Source: Mobula hypostoma
Lineage: Eukaryota
Direction of reading: 5' to 3'
DNA: 64,000 bases
NCBI RefSeq assembly: GCF_963921235.1
Contig: NC_086097.1
Coordinates: forward strand, 219,916,001-219,980,000
In this document: positions 39,288-51,742 of the stretch, in pieces
Position numbering within the stretch: position 1 is the first letter of the stretch
Layout of the letters: every line of letters begins with the position of its first letter
Notes under the pieces: model-generated
What the model saw: the letters and a program-made list of their open reading frames with translations, nothing else
The model's database searches: none
Told to the model about the DNA's origin: nothing
Made by a program: the position numbers and the translations under genes

Positions 39288-39341
39288 GCTACAGCAGCAT
39301 CGAAAGTGGCCAAAGTTGAGGAGGCCGAGCTTCAAGTCCTT
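39288..39341 (+). CDS. SULF1: SULF1 54-nt symmetric exon: (R)LQQHRKWPKLRRPSFKS(L)
   Basis: Pyrimidine tract plus CAG at 39285-39287, GTGAGT at 39342, phase 2/2. Resembles recalled SULF2 QFQRRKWPEMKRPSSKSL. Confidence 0.88.
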
Positions 39342-40149
39342 GTGAGTGACTAAAAGCTATTCTTTAGTAACCAGTAGGGAAGAAATCACTGTTAAGGTGG
39401 TGACTTAACCTAACTCTTAAGTTTTCAATTCATGTGCATCCCCAAATCAATACCGTGGCTGTAACAGTTCTATTTCTACTTCCTTCTTAAAATGTACCAG
39501 CAGCAAAATATTTATTATTTCTGTATAATTGGCAAAAAGCTGCTCAGAAGTGACAGTAGCTGGGATTGCAAGGAATTGATAACTTCTGGTATACTACTGT
39601 GTGAACAATGACGTTGTAGTTAACATGCACAACGTGAGTGTGCTTTTGAGGGGTATCAAATGGACATGTAGCAACGAATAAAAGATTTTTCAGTGCTGTG
39701 TCTCTTTCCACTGCTTTGCCATTTTCAAAAAAAATGGCCTCTTTTGCTTTATGCTATAAGGCATGTTTCATGTATACAGGACTGGCTCTTTCTGTTATTG
39801 AACCTCTATGTGTTGTCTTATGCTGCCCTTCACTGGAGGATTGATTTGTTCGGAGAGTGGTAGATGTGGAATGGTAGGTTGAAGAGAGTGCAGTTCTTAT
39901 TGGAACAGCCATGGAAGTGAATATGCTGGTTCAGTCCTGGACCTCCTCACATCTTTCCCCCAGAACAATGTAATATGGAGAAGCCTTTTCCCAGACTAAC
40001 GTCTGATCTGCAATATCTCCCAGCTGCCCAGGAAAAAAAACATAAAACATCATGCAGAGAGGTCCCAGGGATATAGATAAAAGAAAAGCGATTAAATAAA
40101 CTCTAGGCTCCCTTGATCCCAGTGAAAATGAGGTATAGTGTAGAGATTA

Positions 40150-40325
40150 GACCATAAGACAATAATACTATAAGATATAGGAGCAGAATTCAGCCCATCA
40201 ATTCTGCTCCACAGTTCTAACATGGTTGATTTATTATCCCTCTCAATCCCATTTTCGTGCCTTCCTATAACCTTTGACACCCTTCCTAATCAAGAACCTA
40301 TCAACCTCTGCTTTAAATATACAGA
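40150..40325 (-). mobile_element. CR1-type LINE 3' end
   Basis: CATAAGA-type tail, ATAGGAGCAGAATT.., AATCAAGAACCTATCAACCTCTGCTTTAAATAT. Confidence 0.75.
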
Positions 40326-43300
40326 TTACAATGAAAATACATTTGCAGACTTTAACACTCATCACTTCCATTCTGTCCTTTTGCATTGCTCATGTGTTTG
40401 AATACCAAAGGCCATTTACACTCATATACGCACGGGAAAATGACATTTCACCACTGTCCTGATCCTACACCGCCCTTTGTTAGAAGAATAGTGAACACTC
40501 AGAATGCTAGATCTGTCCGCTCTGCTATTGTAGCGGAGGCATGAACCCATTTGTTTTGACAAAGCACCCCACAGAATAATTTTCTATGTAAATATATGTT
40601 TAAATGATGGGTTTACAGAATCTCCCGTTTCTCTCACAGACCTTCATCCATAACCTTCAGGAACATGGCAGCTTTCTGTTCTGAGTCACATGTTCAAACT
40701 TCACACCAGGGTCTTGTGCAAAGACCTAGGCAGATGCACCTGCCCTGTCTTTTGGATGAGATCCAGTCTTTTTCAAGTAAATGTAGAAGAATTCATGAAA
40801 CCCCTGAAAGCAAAGCAGAGTAGTCCTGCTTTTCATGTCTAAATGCATTGAAATGCATGATCATTTGTGCAATTTAGTGTTTGTGCATACTTGTTCTGCA
40901 CAAATTGCCTGTCATATTCCTTGCGTTGTGAGATTTGTAATGGATCATGCAGCATTAAAGGAACTGTATAAACACAAGGCATTTTAGATTTTCATATCCG
41001 AAAGTTCCAAATGCATAGGCCCCAATTCTTTGACCAAGGGAAGTTTTCTTGATAGTTGTCTATAATTTTAATTATCACTGACATTCAATCCACATTTTAC
41101 CAAGGTCTCTGTGCCAGCCTCAGCAGCCATCTATGGCTTCAAAAATATTCCTCCATTGTAGCAACAGAGTGCTAAAAGAAGCTGAGTGAAAGTAATTAAC
41201 AAAGCTTCCCCTATCCTTCCAATATCATTAGCTCTCCTTCCAGTTTAGCTTCTTTTGCATGAAAGCAGACAGTGGAGAGGCAGCATTGATCAAAGTTAAA
41301 ATTAAATTGTGAAAGTAAAAGTTGCGGTGGTTTAATGGAAAATGTACTGTATATATCTAATGAATGGACCAAAGTGATTATTTCTGGGCTTGTGTATTTT
41401 TCTGGTGGCAATGCTAGAGGATAAATCAGTTCGTGCAATAAATTGCAGCTCGTCATGTCATTGGATTCACATCACTCTCATCCATTGCCCATTTCACTAA
41501 TTAAACTTTTCTTTAGCATGTAGGTCTGTCGCGTTTCTGCTGCGGCATCGCACATTTAACCATCGGCCATCTTTCATTGCTTTATTTCCCTAAGGAGAAT
41601 CCTTTCCATCCAGCTGGAAGATCATTGGCTGTTCTGCCTTATTGTTGATTTTCTTCGTATTTGCTTTTGATTTTATTTTTAGCTTTGAAACTTCCCAACT
41701 CTCAAAGGATCTCACAAACTGCCATGCGCTACATATCTACCTTTCCCCTGTCCCAGTAACATGCTTTTCTTAGTTTGCCATTATGACATTTTATATTCAT
41801 AACAGATAACTTAAGTGATGTAAAATACTGGTTTAAGAAACTCCATGGGGCCTATTTTGAATTTTTGGAAGAAGTGGGAATACTATCCATGAGCAATCCA
41901 GAGACCAGGCTTAGGACGCAAAACACATTTAACTCCAGCAGAGCATCACTAGCTGTCCTCTGATAGATTAATACCTCAAAATTGAATTAAAGCAACCCTG
42001 AGAAAGGTACCTTGGAATAATGGGGGTGGGGGGTAGGCAGGGAGTCTAAAAGAAGCACCAACCTAGTGATCTCTGAACAGTAGCCATATTACAAGGATCC
42101 CAGCAGGACCAAGCCAATGCTGTTCCTAGCCCGAATAAAACGTGAAGAAAATGTTTCCACTGTGGAATCTTTGATAATGATGGAAGTTTCTCTTATTAAT
42201 GCAATTTAAAAACTGGGCTTTGAACTGGCATTGTTGGTCACCAACAACGTCTTATCGAATCTATTTCTTAATTTCTATTCTTATTTGTTACAGTATAAGA
42301 GGTGGGGATCAATAAAGGCTCAATGTGTTTTCTGAGTCTGAGACAAAACTATACTTGATGGTGCAAAACAGCTACCTAATGTTTCTCCTTGATCTTTCTC
42401 TCTTTTCATGGCTTCAGAAAAGATCTGTTCTGAATGTGGTTTGCCTCACCTCTGTCTCTAATCTCCCCAAGTGGACACATTGTCTCTTCATCCCACTTGA
42501 TACCCATGATACTTTTTAAACTTAGTCAAATAATTCAGATTTCAGATTTATTTACAAGCTTGGATTCTTGACACTGTCGTCAACCAACTCCTGATCTTTT
42601 AGCAAGTAACCTAATATGCTTAACCCCATCCTTTCAGTTTTCCCTAATACTTGGTAATAAATTCATGTTGAAAATAATTCAATTGAAATTTAGGTTGAGC
42701 ATTTCCATAATAAGAAAATCTAGTGCATTTCCCCCCAGTTCGGGTCAGTCAAACTTTGTATTTGCTCTGGCAGAGACTGGCCCAATACACTCACAGCCAT
42801 CATGCTGCATTCTACTCCTATAAACCTGAGATAATCCCAATCTCTTCAGACCATGACCTAAGCTATGCCCTTTTGTGCTGTCATCCATACTCTCTGTCCT
42901 ATACTGGCTCCCACTTATGCAACACCATATTTTTAAAAATTCTCATCTTTCTTGCATCTTCCTACAAAGTCTTGCCTCTCATTTTTCTACTTTAAGACAT
43001 TCCTACTTCTTTGAAAACCTGCCTCTGCATTATGTATGTGGCAGGATATCAAATCCTTTGAAAAATGTGGAATCGTTGATTGTATTATAGCTATTATATA
43101 AATACAAGTTCTTATGATTGTTGAAACTTTTCCGGAGCAATTGTTAAATGCAAGAGGAATGCTACCTCTTTCAGGTGACCACAATTACTGGAAAGAGTGA
43201 TAAGACAAAGATTCCTAATAAGGCAAAGATCTAATGATTTGAGAGAGTAGATAAAGAAAAGGAGATGCTGAAGATAGTCAAATTCGTGGACATCATGTTG

Positions 43301-43944
43301 TGATGCATATAGTTTGTGTAAGGATTCAACTTCCTAGGTATTCATCCCGAATAAGCATCCCTAATAATCAGGGAGATGTTCTGGATTGGAGTTTCAGGCA
43401 AGATAAAAAGAAGAAATGCAATGTATTTCCAAGTCTGGATAGTGTACAGCTTGGGGAGGAGGTGGTGTTTCCATGAACCTGAAGCCATTTTCTTTCTTAG
43501 TGATAGAGGTTGTGGATCAGGGAGGTGTTGTTGGAGTAGCCTATGGGGATAACTGAAATGCATCTTATAGCAGTGTGCACAGCAACCACTTTGCGCAAGT
43601 GGTGGAAAGAATAAACTTTTATGGCTTCCACCATTTAGCGACGGTTGATAGTTGACAGGGCAGTAATTACACAGATTGCATTTGTCTTGTTTATAGTAAA
43701 CATATTTCCTTATTGTTGGGCAGAGGCCAGTGTTGTAACTGTCTGGAATATGGATTGAGGCTCTGATCCTGCAGTCTTTGCTGTCATGAGGGTTAAGATA
43801 ATAATTTCTTGAAATTACGTGGAGTGATCAAGTTGGATGAAGAATGGATTGTGTGATGGTAGCGATCGCAGTAATAAGCTCAGACAGCTCACTGCTTCGG
43901 GCTGAACATGACTGCTATTGCTTCATCCTTATCTCTGTGACCGT

Positions 43945-44250
43945 CGGACATAGGAGCAGAATTAGGTCATTCACACCATCAAGTCTGCTCCACAATTCCA
44001 TCATGGCTGTTTCATTATCGTTCTCAATCCCATTCTCCTGCCTTCTCTGTGTAACATTTGATGCCCTTAGTGATCAAGAACTTATCTACCTCCACTTCAA
44101 ATATATTCAGTGACTGCTTCCATGGCCACAGATTCACCATCCTCTAGCTAAAGAAATTCCTCCTCATCTCCATTCTCAAGGGAAGTCCTTCTATTCTGAG
44201 GTGGGACCCCTCTGGTCCTAGACTCCCCCATTATAGGGAACATCCTCTAG
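43945..44250 (-). mobile_element. CR1-type LINE 3' end
   Basis: ATAGGAGCAGAATTAGG..CTAAAGAAATTCCTCCTCATCTCC..ATAGGGAACATCCTCT. Confidence 0.75.
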
Positions 44251-45231
44251 TTCTCACTTTTGGACCCATTTCATTGAGGATGAGGAAATTCTTTTACTAT
44301 CTTTTAATTGTATTCTACCATTCAAAGATGACTGGACTACAGAGCCTGATCTAGTTGCAAAATCACTTAGCTCTCTCTATGCATGCTCTTCCTGCTGCTT
44401 TGTAATAATGCATTACAATTTCACCCTGTTGTCCCCACATTTTCAGGAAAGCCTGGAATCAAATTTCCGTGAGAAATAGAACACAAAGGTTGTTAAGGCA
44501 CACTTATATTTAGTGCTACTGGTCAGGAATAGGCATGCAGTCATCTGAACTTTAATCAATACCACTGGGACTTTGAGGTGATTAGACCATAGATTGTTGT
44601 TTACAATCTGGCAGTGGATTCTGAGATGCTGGATATATTAAATAAGAAAATATGTTGGAATACAGATTGTATTTTGTTGAATGAATCAGTCCAATGTGTT
44701 AATACAGGGACATGCAAATGAATTAAGTAAAGCAAATGTCTATATACTATATATTGGTGGTGTGAGTATGCATGTGTGTATTTGAGAGAGATCAAAAATG
44801 AATCCAAAATAATGCAAGTATCAACCCCTTTGTGCAAAAAAAATTTGATTGTATAGTAATCAAATAGTAAAGGCGGTAAAAATGTAAAAATAAACGATAG
44901 CGTGCTTGCTGTCTGCAAAATCAATATGGCTACATATTTGATATTTACTTTATGAAATTTTTTAATATACATTCCTTTGTTTTAATAATCATATCTTTGA
45001 GCATTCTTCCAGTTTCTCATGTTGGGGTGTGTGGTTTAAATCTGCTCCTGCTCTGCATCCTTGCTAAAGTCTTTGTGTGGTGACACATGCTGTCTCTAAT
45101 TTTGCTTTAAATAACCATGTGATAGTGGAGCAGGTGCATGTTTGCACGCGAGCACAGTGCTTCAGCAACTCCAGAGGAGCGATGTACATACGTGAAAATA
45201 AACTACTGTGAATCTTTGTTTCTGCCAGCAG

Positions 45232-45262
45232 GGGACAGCTATGGGATGGATGGGAAGGTTAA
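45232..45262 (+). CDS. SULF1: SULF1 terminal coding exon, canonical frame: GQLWDGWEG-stop
   Basis: CAGCAG acceptor at 45226-45231. Phase-2 entry gives GGA CAG CTA TGG GAT GGA TGG GAA GGT TAA. Confidence 0.95.
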
Positions 45263-46139
45263 TCCACTTAAACTGCCAAACTTCACAGAAAATATCAACT
45301 GGGGAGGACTTGAAACTTTGTACAGTGTGGATGAAAGCTTGTTTGAACACAGGCATAATTATAGCCTTAGCCTTGGTGACTGGACTAATTACTGGAAGGA
45401 TGTAGATAGAATGTTTGCACTGCTTAAGACTTTTTCTGGACACATTAAAACTTCTGAGGCCATTGCGCTAAATAAGGGCGGGACTCTTGATTTAAGCATT
45501 GACACCACAGCACTGGACATGGCACCAACTCCACTGCCTGTTTTAGGCAATGTGTTCTCTACTGAGCCTGAGGATGAATCTAGTGGCATGACTGTATGGG
45601 AGGCAACAGAAGCACAACCTGCTGCACTTGCTGACTCTGAAGGGACGACCACGAGCCCAGCCCTTAAAAGTGGTGAGAATCCAAATGAGGATGCGATAAA
45701 TTACAATCATATACCCGACAAGCATTTCTCAAATACTGAGTGGTGGCGACGTAATCGGACAAAAGAGTTGATAAAAGAATGGGCGGAGCTGGAATACGAC
45801 GAAGGTGTCAGTGGTAACGGTCTGGTGGAGATTGAGACCAGAAACAGCTTCTTTCTTCAGCAGAGTGCTCTGTTTCCATCACGTAGCATCCAGAATGAAG
45901 TGGAGGAGAAAGAGGACATCTTTGAAGGGCAAATGTATCTTCCTACTGGTTCTGTTGGTCACCTTCATAGTAAAACTTTCACAGTTCCCCGAGAAATCAG
46001 GGTCAATAACAAAGAGAAATTGGTAAACGTTCAGCTTCAGGAAGACCCCCAGAGCAGTGGAGAGGGAATCCAAGAAAGTTTCATTACAGAAGGCAGTGCT
46101 TTGCCCCCTCCATCCTTTCATCAACTCTCAGCTCACTAA
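45232..46139 (+). CDS. SULF1: SULF1 terminal exon, alternative frame: 302-aa acidic extension (GDSYGMDGKVN...HQLSAH)
   Basis: Uninterrupted non-repeat ORF. In frame with the phase-1 donor at 33802 when the 34- and 54-nt exons are skipped. Protein-like composition. Confidence 0.75.
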
Positions 46140-47460
46140 TTATTTATTGGGGAACAACTACAATCTTCCGTGTTATAGCTTTAAATTTAACATCTTTCAC
46201 TGTGAGGTTGAAGCAAAGCACATTCCATTTCCATTGGAGGTACATTTCATAACAGGCTGACAATGGTCAGAATATCACACATACTTTTACTTTATTTACA
46301 TTGCCTGGGGAAAAGAAACAGATATTCCTCTTGTAACTAATGTTTTGCAGTCAACTATATAAATATGTATTTAAATATTCTGTGTCAGATGTCTGCAACA
46401 GACATGTCCTAAAGTTGTGTGAAAAGTCCTTGAAGCCTCCTATTGGCTGTTCAGTACCTAGCTGCTTTAGCCTGGCCTTTATGAGTGTCAAGATCCGTGA
46501 CCTGTCCATTCCAAAAAGCTCTCATCATACATTCTTCACCTGACAAGTATTGAGTACAGCAGTGTTTCCTCTCATAAAATATATTGCACTTTCGAAGTTC
46601 TTCACAAAACATTTGCAAATGTGGATGTATTGGTTCAGTGAGTTGTTCCAGCTGACAATTTCAGCTGTAATGTGTAAAGGAAATCTTATTCTGTGTTCTT
46701 CATGCTGTAACATGCTCTCACTTATCAGTTGTTTCACTTCTAAAATTATTTAGCATTGTCTTATTTTTGTCTTAGTATCTTTTTATGCCTTGGCGCATTT
46801 TAGAATCCTTCTTTAATGAAGGAACAAGATAAAGCCAATGTATTGTATTTTGTTTCAGTTTATTACTTTTTCTTATTATTTCCCTCATCATCTTAAAGGG
46901 GTATAATCTTTGTGAAAAAAGTGTAATAATTTGTCTTTTTAGAGGGATGTAGGAGGAGCATTGAGTGCAAGGGTCATAATGATGCACTTTTAATAAAATT
47001 ACTATGTGACAGATGCATTACTATAAAGTTTCCAAGCGATTTTCATAAATATGGTGCCTCTTTAAGATTGAAAAGTAGGCAAAACTGCTTACAGTATACT
47101 TGATGTGTAACTGTTTTAATAAATCTGTTTATAGTTTGGAAGGCTCGTTTAGCACGATCCTTAGATTCACTTGCATGGTTTATATAATCTGTGTAGGTTT
47201 TTACAGTGGTCACAGATGTTTTAATTTTTTTTATTATATGGCGGTAAAACCCATACATTACAAAGCCAATGTAATCAATGTTCATAGGTTGGAGACATCA
47301 GACTAGTGCAATTCATACTATGTTCATCAGAGGACAAAATTTGTAGCAGTGTTTTATTTTTGTCTGTAATATACACTGGCCATACTATTTACTGATAATT
47401 ACCTGTTGCTTGTTTCTGGATAAACATGCAGTGATTAAAACACAATGCTTAATCTTTCAT
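46140..47460 (+). other. SULF1: Probable SULF1 3'UTR with candidate polyadenylation signals
   Basis: AT-rich and repeat-free. AATAAA at 46992 and 47118, ATTAAA at 47434. The true end is not determinable. Confidence 0.55.
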
Positions 47461-47744
47461 TGAGAATGTAATTGTTATTACTGATACAGAGTATTTTCTC
47501 CAGGGTAAAAATGGGAATTAACAACACCATGATGTTCATAACAGTGCATGTCCAATTATAGGTGACCTATCATAGCTGAAGAATTGGTTTCTATATGCAA
47601 GAAGAGTCCTATTCTCCATTAATCCCAAAAATGTTTCTAAAAGTTACACACCGATAAATTGGGTTGGGTTGCATCAGCGTTGCATGATCCATGGAAAATT
47701 AAATCTAATCAACAATTTGGGATTTTGAGTAACATGAAATTTCC

Positions 47745-49965
47745 ATAAACATAGAAACATAGAAAACCTACAGCACAATACAGGCCCTTCGGCCCACAAA
47801 GTCCCATAGCCCTCTATTTCTCTAAGCTCCATGCACCTATCCAAAAGTCTCTTAAAAGACCCTATCGTATCTGCCTCCACCACCATTGCTGGCAGGCCAT
47901 TCCATGCACTCTGCACAATCTCTGAGTAAAAACCTTACCCCTGACATCTCCTCTGTACCTACTCCCCAGCACCTCAAACCTGTGTCCTCTTGTGGCAACC
48001 ATTTCAGCCCTGGGAAAAAGCCTCTGACTAGCCACATGATCAATGCCTCTCATCATCTTACATGCCTCCATCAGGTCACCTCTCTTCCTCCGTCGCTCCA
48101 AGGAGAAAAGGCCGAGTTCACTAAACCCATTCTCATAAGGCATGCTCCCCAATCCAGGCAACATCCTTGTAAATCTCCTCTGCACTCTTTCTATGGCTTC
48201 CATATCCTTCCTGTAGTGAGGCGACCAGAACAGAGCACAGTACTCCAAGTGGGGTCTGACCAGGGTCCTATATAGCTGCAACATTACCTCTCAGCTCCTA
48301 AATTCAATTCCATGATTGATGAAGGCCAATACACCATACACTTTCTTAACCACTGAGTCAACCTGCGCAGCTGCTTTAAGCGTCCTATGGACTCAGACCC
48401 CAAGATCACTCTGATCCTCCACACTGCCAAGAGTCTTAACATTAATACTATATTCTGCCATCATATTTGACCTACCAAAATGAACCACTTCACACTTATC
48501 TGCATTGAACTCCATCTGCCACTTCTCAGCCCAGATTTGCATCCTATCAATGTCCCGCTGTAACCTCTGACAGCCCTCCACACTATCCACAACACCTCCA
48601 ATCTTTGTGTCATCAGAAAACTTACTAACCCATCCCTCCACTTCCTCATCCAGGTCATTAATAAAAATCATGAAGAGTAAGGGTCGCAAATTAGATCCCT
48701 GAGGCACTCCAGGTCACCGACCTCCATGCAGAATATGACCCGTCTACAACCACTCTTTGCCTTCTGTGGGCAAGCCAGTTCTGGATCCACAAAGCAATGT
48801 CCCCTTGGATCCTATGCCCCCTTACTTTCTCAATAAGCCTTGTATGGGGTACCTTATCAAATGCCTTGCTGAAATCCATATACACTACATCTACTGCTCT
48901 ACCTTCATCAATGTGTTTAGTCACATCCTCAAAAAATTCAATCAGGCTCGTAAGGCACGACCTGCCCTTGACAATGCCATGCTGACTATTCCTAATCATA
49001 TACCTCTCCAAATGTTCATAAATCCTGCCTCTCAGGGTCTTCTCCATCAACTTACCAAACACTGAGGTAAGACTCACTGGTCTATAATTTCCTGGGCTAT
49101 CTCTACTCCCTTTCTTGAATAAAGGAACAACATCTGCAACCCTCCAATCCTCCGGAACTTCTCCTGTCCCCACTGATGATGCAAAGATCATCGCCAGAGG
49201 CTCAGCAATATCCCCCCTCGCCTCCCACAGTAGCCTGGGGTACATCTCATCTGGTCCCGGCGACTTATCCAACTTGATGCCTTCCAATATCTCTAGCACA
49301 TCCTCTTTCTTAATATCTACATGCTCAAGCTTTTCAGTCTGCTGCAAGTCAGCACTACAATCACCAAGATCCTTTTCCATAGTGAATACTGAAGTAAAGT
49401 ATTCATTAAGTACCTCTACTGTTTCCTCCGGTTCCATACATACTTTCCCACTGCCACACTTGATAGGTCCTATTTTTTCAAGTTTTATCCTCTTGCTCTC
49501 CACATACTTGTAGAATGCCTTGGGGTTTTCCTTAATCCTGCCCACCAAGGCCTTCTCATGGCCCCTTCTGGCTCTCCTAATTTCCTTCTTAAGCTCCTTC
49601 CTATTAGTTTATAATCTAATAGATCTCTAACATTACCTAGCTCTCTGAACCTTTTGTAAGCTTTTCTTCTTGACTAGATTTATTACAGCCTTTGTACACC
49701 ACGGTTCCTGTACCCTGCCATAACTTCCCTGTCTCATTGGAACGTACCTATGCAGAACTCCACACAAATATCCCCTGAACATTTGCCACATTTCTTCCAT
49801 ACTTTTCCCTGAGAACATCTGTTCCCAATTTAAGCTTCCAATTCCCTGCCTGATAGCCTCATAATTCCCCTTACTCCAATTAAATGCTTTTCTTTGTCTG
49901 TTCCTGTCTCTCTCCAATGCTATTGTAAAGGAGGTAGAATTATGATCACTATATCCAAAGTGCTC
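47745..49965 (-). mobile_element. CR1-type LINE ORF2 (RT plus 3' end), few disruptions
   Basis: IKENPKAFYKY, KSPGPD, YRPVSLTS, YMDFSKAFDKVPH, KFSDDTK, LVRPHLEYC; (CATAGAAA)n tail. Confidence 0.93.
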
Positions 49966-50244
49966 TGATTTGTGTTGCAATTCCCTTGTGCCTCTGTTTT
50001 GCTCATGTAAAAGGTACAATATTAAACTGGTTGCCATTGTGCGCCCTGTTCAATTTCTTTCTTCCGTCAATTTAAATGAAAAACAAGAATAAAATCAGGA
50101 GTCGACCTTATGATCTCTGAAGCCCTCATCATCATTCAGGAAGATCATACATAAAGTGACCACTTTCCTGCTTGTCCCTCACACTCCTGAACTTCACTAT
50201 CGACCTTGAACATATTCAGTGGCTTAGTCTCCACAACTATTTAC

Positions 50245-51450
50245 AGCCATAAGATATAGGAGCAGAATTAGGCCATTTGGGCCATTGAGTCTGCTCCACC
50301 ATTTTGTCATGGCTGACCCATTTTCTCTCTCAGCCCCAATCTCTTGCCCCTCCCCCCCCCGTATCGCTTCATGCCCTGACCAGTTAAAAATTTACCAAAC
50401 TCTGCCTTAATTATTCATAAAGACTTGGTCTCCACAGCTGCCTGTGCAAAGAATTCCACAGATTCATCACGCTCTGGATAAAAAAAATCCCTCCTCATCT
50501 CCGTCGTAAAAGGATGCCCCCCTACTCTGAGGCTATGTCCTCAGGTCTTAGACTTTCCCACCATAGGAAACATCCTCTCGACATCCAGTCAATCAAGCCC
50601 TTTCACCATTCAATAGGTTTCAATGAGGTCACCCCTCATTTTTCTGAATACAGGCCCAGAGCCATCAAATGCTCAAGAATCTGAAGAAATTCCTCTTCAA
50701 ATCTGTCTTAAGTGGTGGCCTTACAGTTTACAACTATGACCATAGTTTTAGATTCCCCATGAGGGGGAAGCATTCTCACAGCATCCATTCTTGTCAATCA
50801 CCCTCAAAATTTAGTGTGTTCTAATAACAATACCTCTCCTTCTGGGCTCTCATGATGCTCAATCATTCCTCATAAAAACATCCTTCTTCCTTCTGAGGCT
50901 TCCCACGCTGGCTTCAATCAAACACAAGCCACTTTAACAGGCAAATTAAAACTATACAGTACCCTAGATGTGGTTTCACTAATACCCTGTACAGTTGTAG
51001 TGTGACTTAATGCAGCTGCCTTTATACATCATTGTCTTGGTAATAAAGGCCAACATTTCATTTAATTCCTGCTCTATCTTTAGTTTAATGGTCTGTGCTA
51101 ACTGTGCAAGGACACACATATCTTCTACAGCAATGTTCTGTTGGTTCTCATCTATTTAAATAATACTCCAATGTTCTATCCTTCCTTCCATAATGGATAA
51201 GCTCACATTTCCCCGTATTATTGTCCATCTGCCAAGTGCTTACCCATTCATTTAGCCTATCGGTATCCCTTTGTATTCTTTGTGTCCTTGTCACAACTTG
51301 TTTCTTTCCTCTGACTTTATATTAATGACAATATACTCGTCCACTTCATCTAATTTCTTCGCATTGATAGTAAGTGCTTGAGGCCTCAGCACTGATTTTC
51401 ATGACTAGTTAGACCTTGACAACCTGAAAATGACACTGATCCAGACTCTA
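50245..51450 (-). mobile_element. Degenerate CR1 fragments (younger 3' end plus older copy)
   Basis: CATAAGATATAGGAGCAGAATTAGGCC tail at ~50248. Older RT-like remnants to ~51450. Confidence 0.65.
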
Positions 51451-51489
51451 TTTTCTATTCTCTATTCATGCTGATATATTGCCCTAAAT

Positions 51490-51545
51490 CAGGGGTTCCC
51501 AAACATTAAGCAAGGGGTCCGTGGACTCAGGGTTAGGAACCACTG
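51490..51545. mobile_element. hAT-type MITE (56 bp), related to 9712-9791
   Basis: CAGGGGTTCCCAA / TTAGGAACCACTG termini; 8-bp TSD CCCTAAAT / CCATAAAT. Confidence 0.75.
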
Positions 51546-51686
51546 CCATAAATGCTATGAGCTCTTACCTTGTACTGGTAAATTTGTGAATAAATAACCT
51601 TAAAACCATATTGACTTTCAGTGATGGAACAATTTTCTAAATAATCATATCGCTATCTTAAAATCAGCCAAGGTGCATAACCCACA

Positions 51687-51742
51687 CCTAATTCAATAAT
51701 AACAGAAGCCTAATTCAATAATAACAGAAGCCTAATTCAATA
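51687..51742. repeat. 22-bp tandem repeat, 2.5 copies
   Basis: CCTAATTCAATAATAACAGAAG x2 plus CCTAATTCAATA. Confidence 0.9.

Noticed and set aside
41340..41680. Possible conserved non-coding element
   Set aside because: Looks unique and motif-rich but cannot be supported without a cross-species alignment.
41806..41963. Possible alternative terminal exon (phase-1 open frame of ~52 codons after AACAG)
   Set aside because: Weak pyrimidine tract, no recognisable homology, and a length expected by chance.
45138..45231. ATG at 45138 as the start of an independent 333-aa gene
   Set aside because: It lies in the intron upstream of a clear acceptor, overlaps a TGCATG motif and has no evident promoter or signal peptide. 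Splicing explains the ORF better.
6414..45262. Calling the gene SULF2
   Set aside because: [45 protein letters not shown] and LWDGWEG all match recalled SULF1; only the 54-nt exon is SULF2-like.
51687..51742. CRISPR-like repeat
   Set aside because: Direct tandem duplication without spacers in a eukaryotic context.
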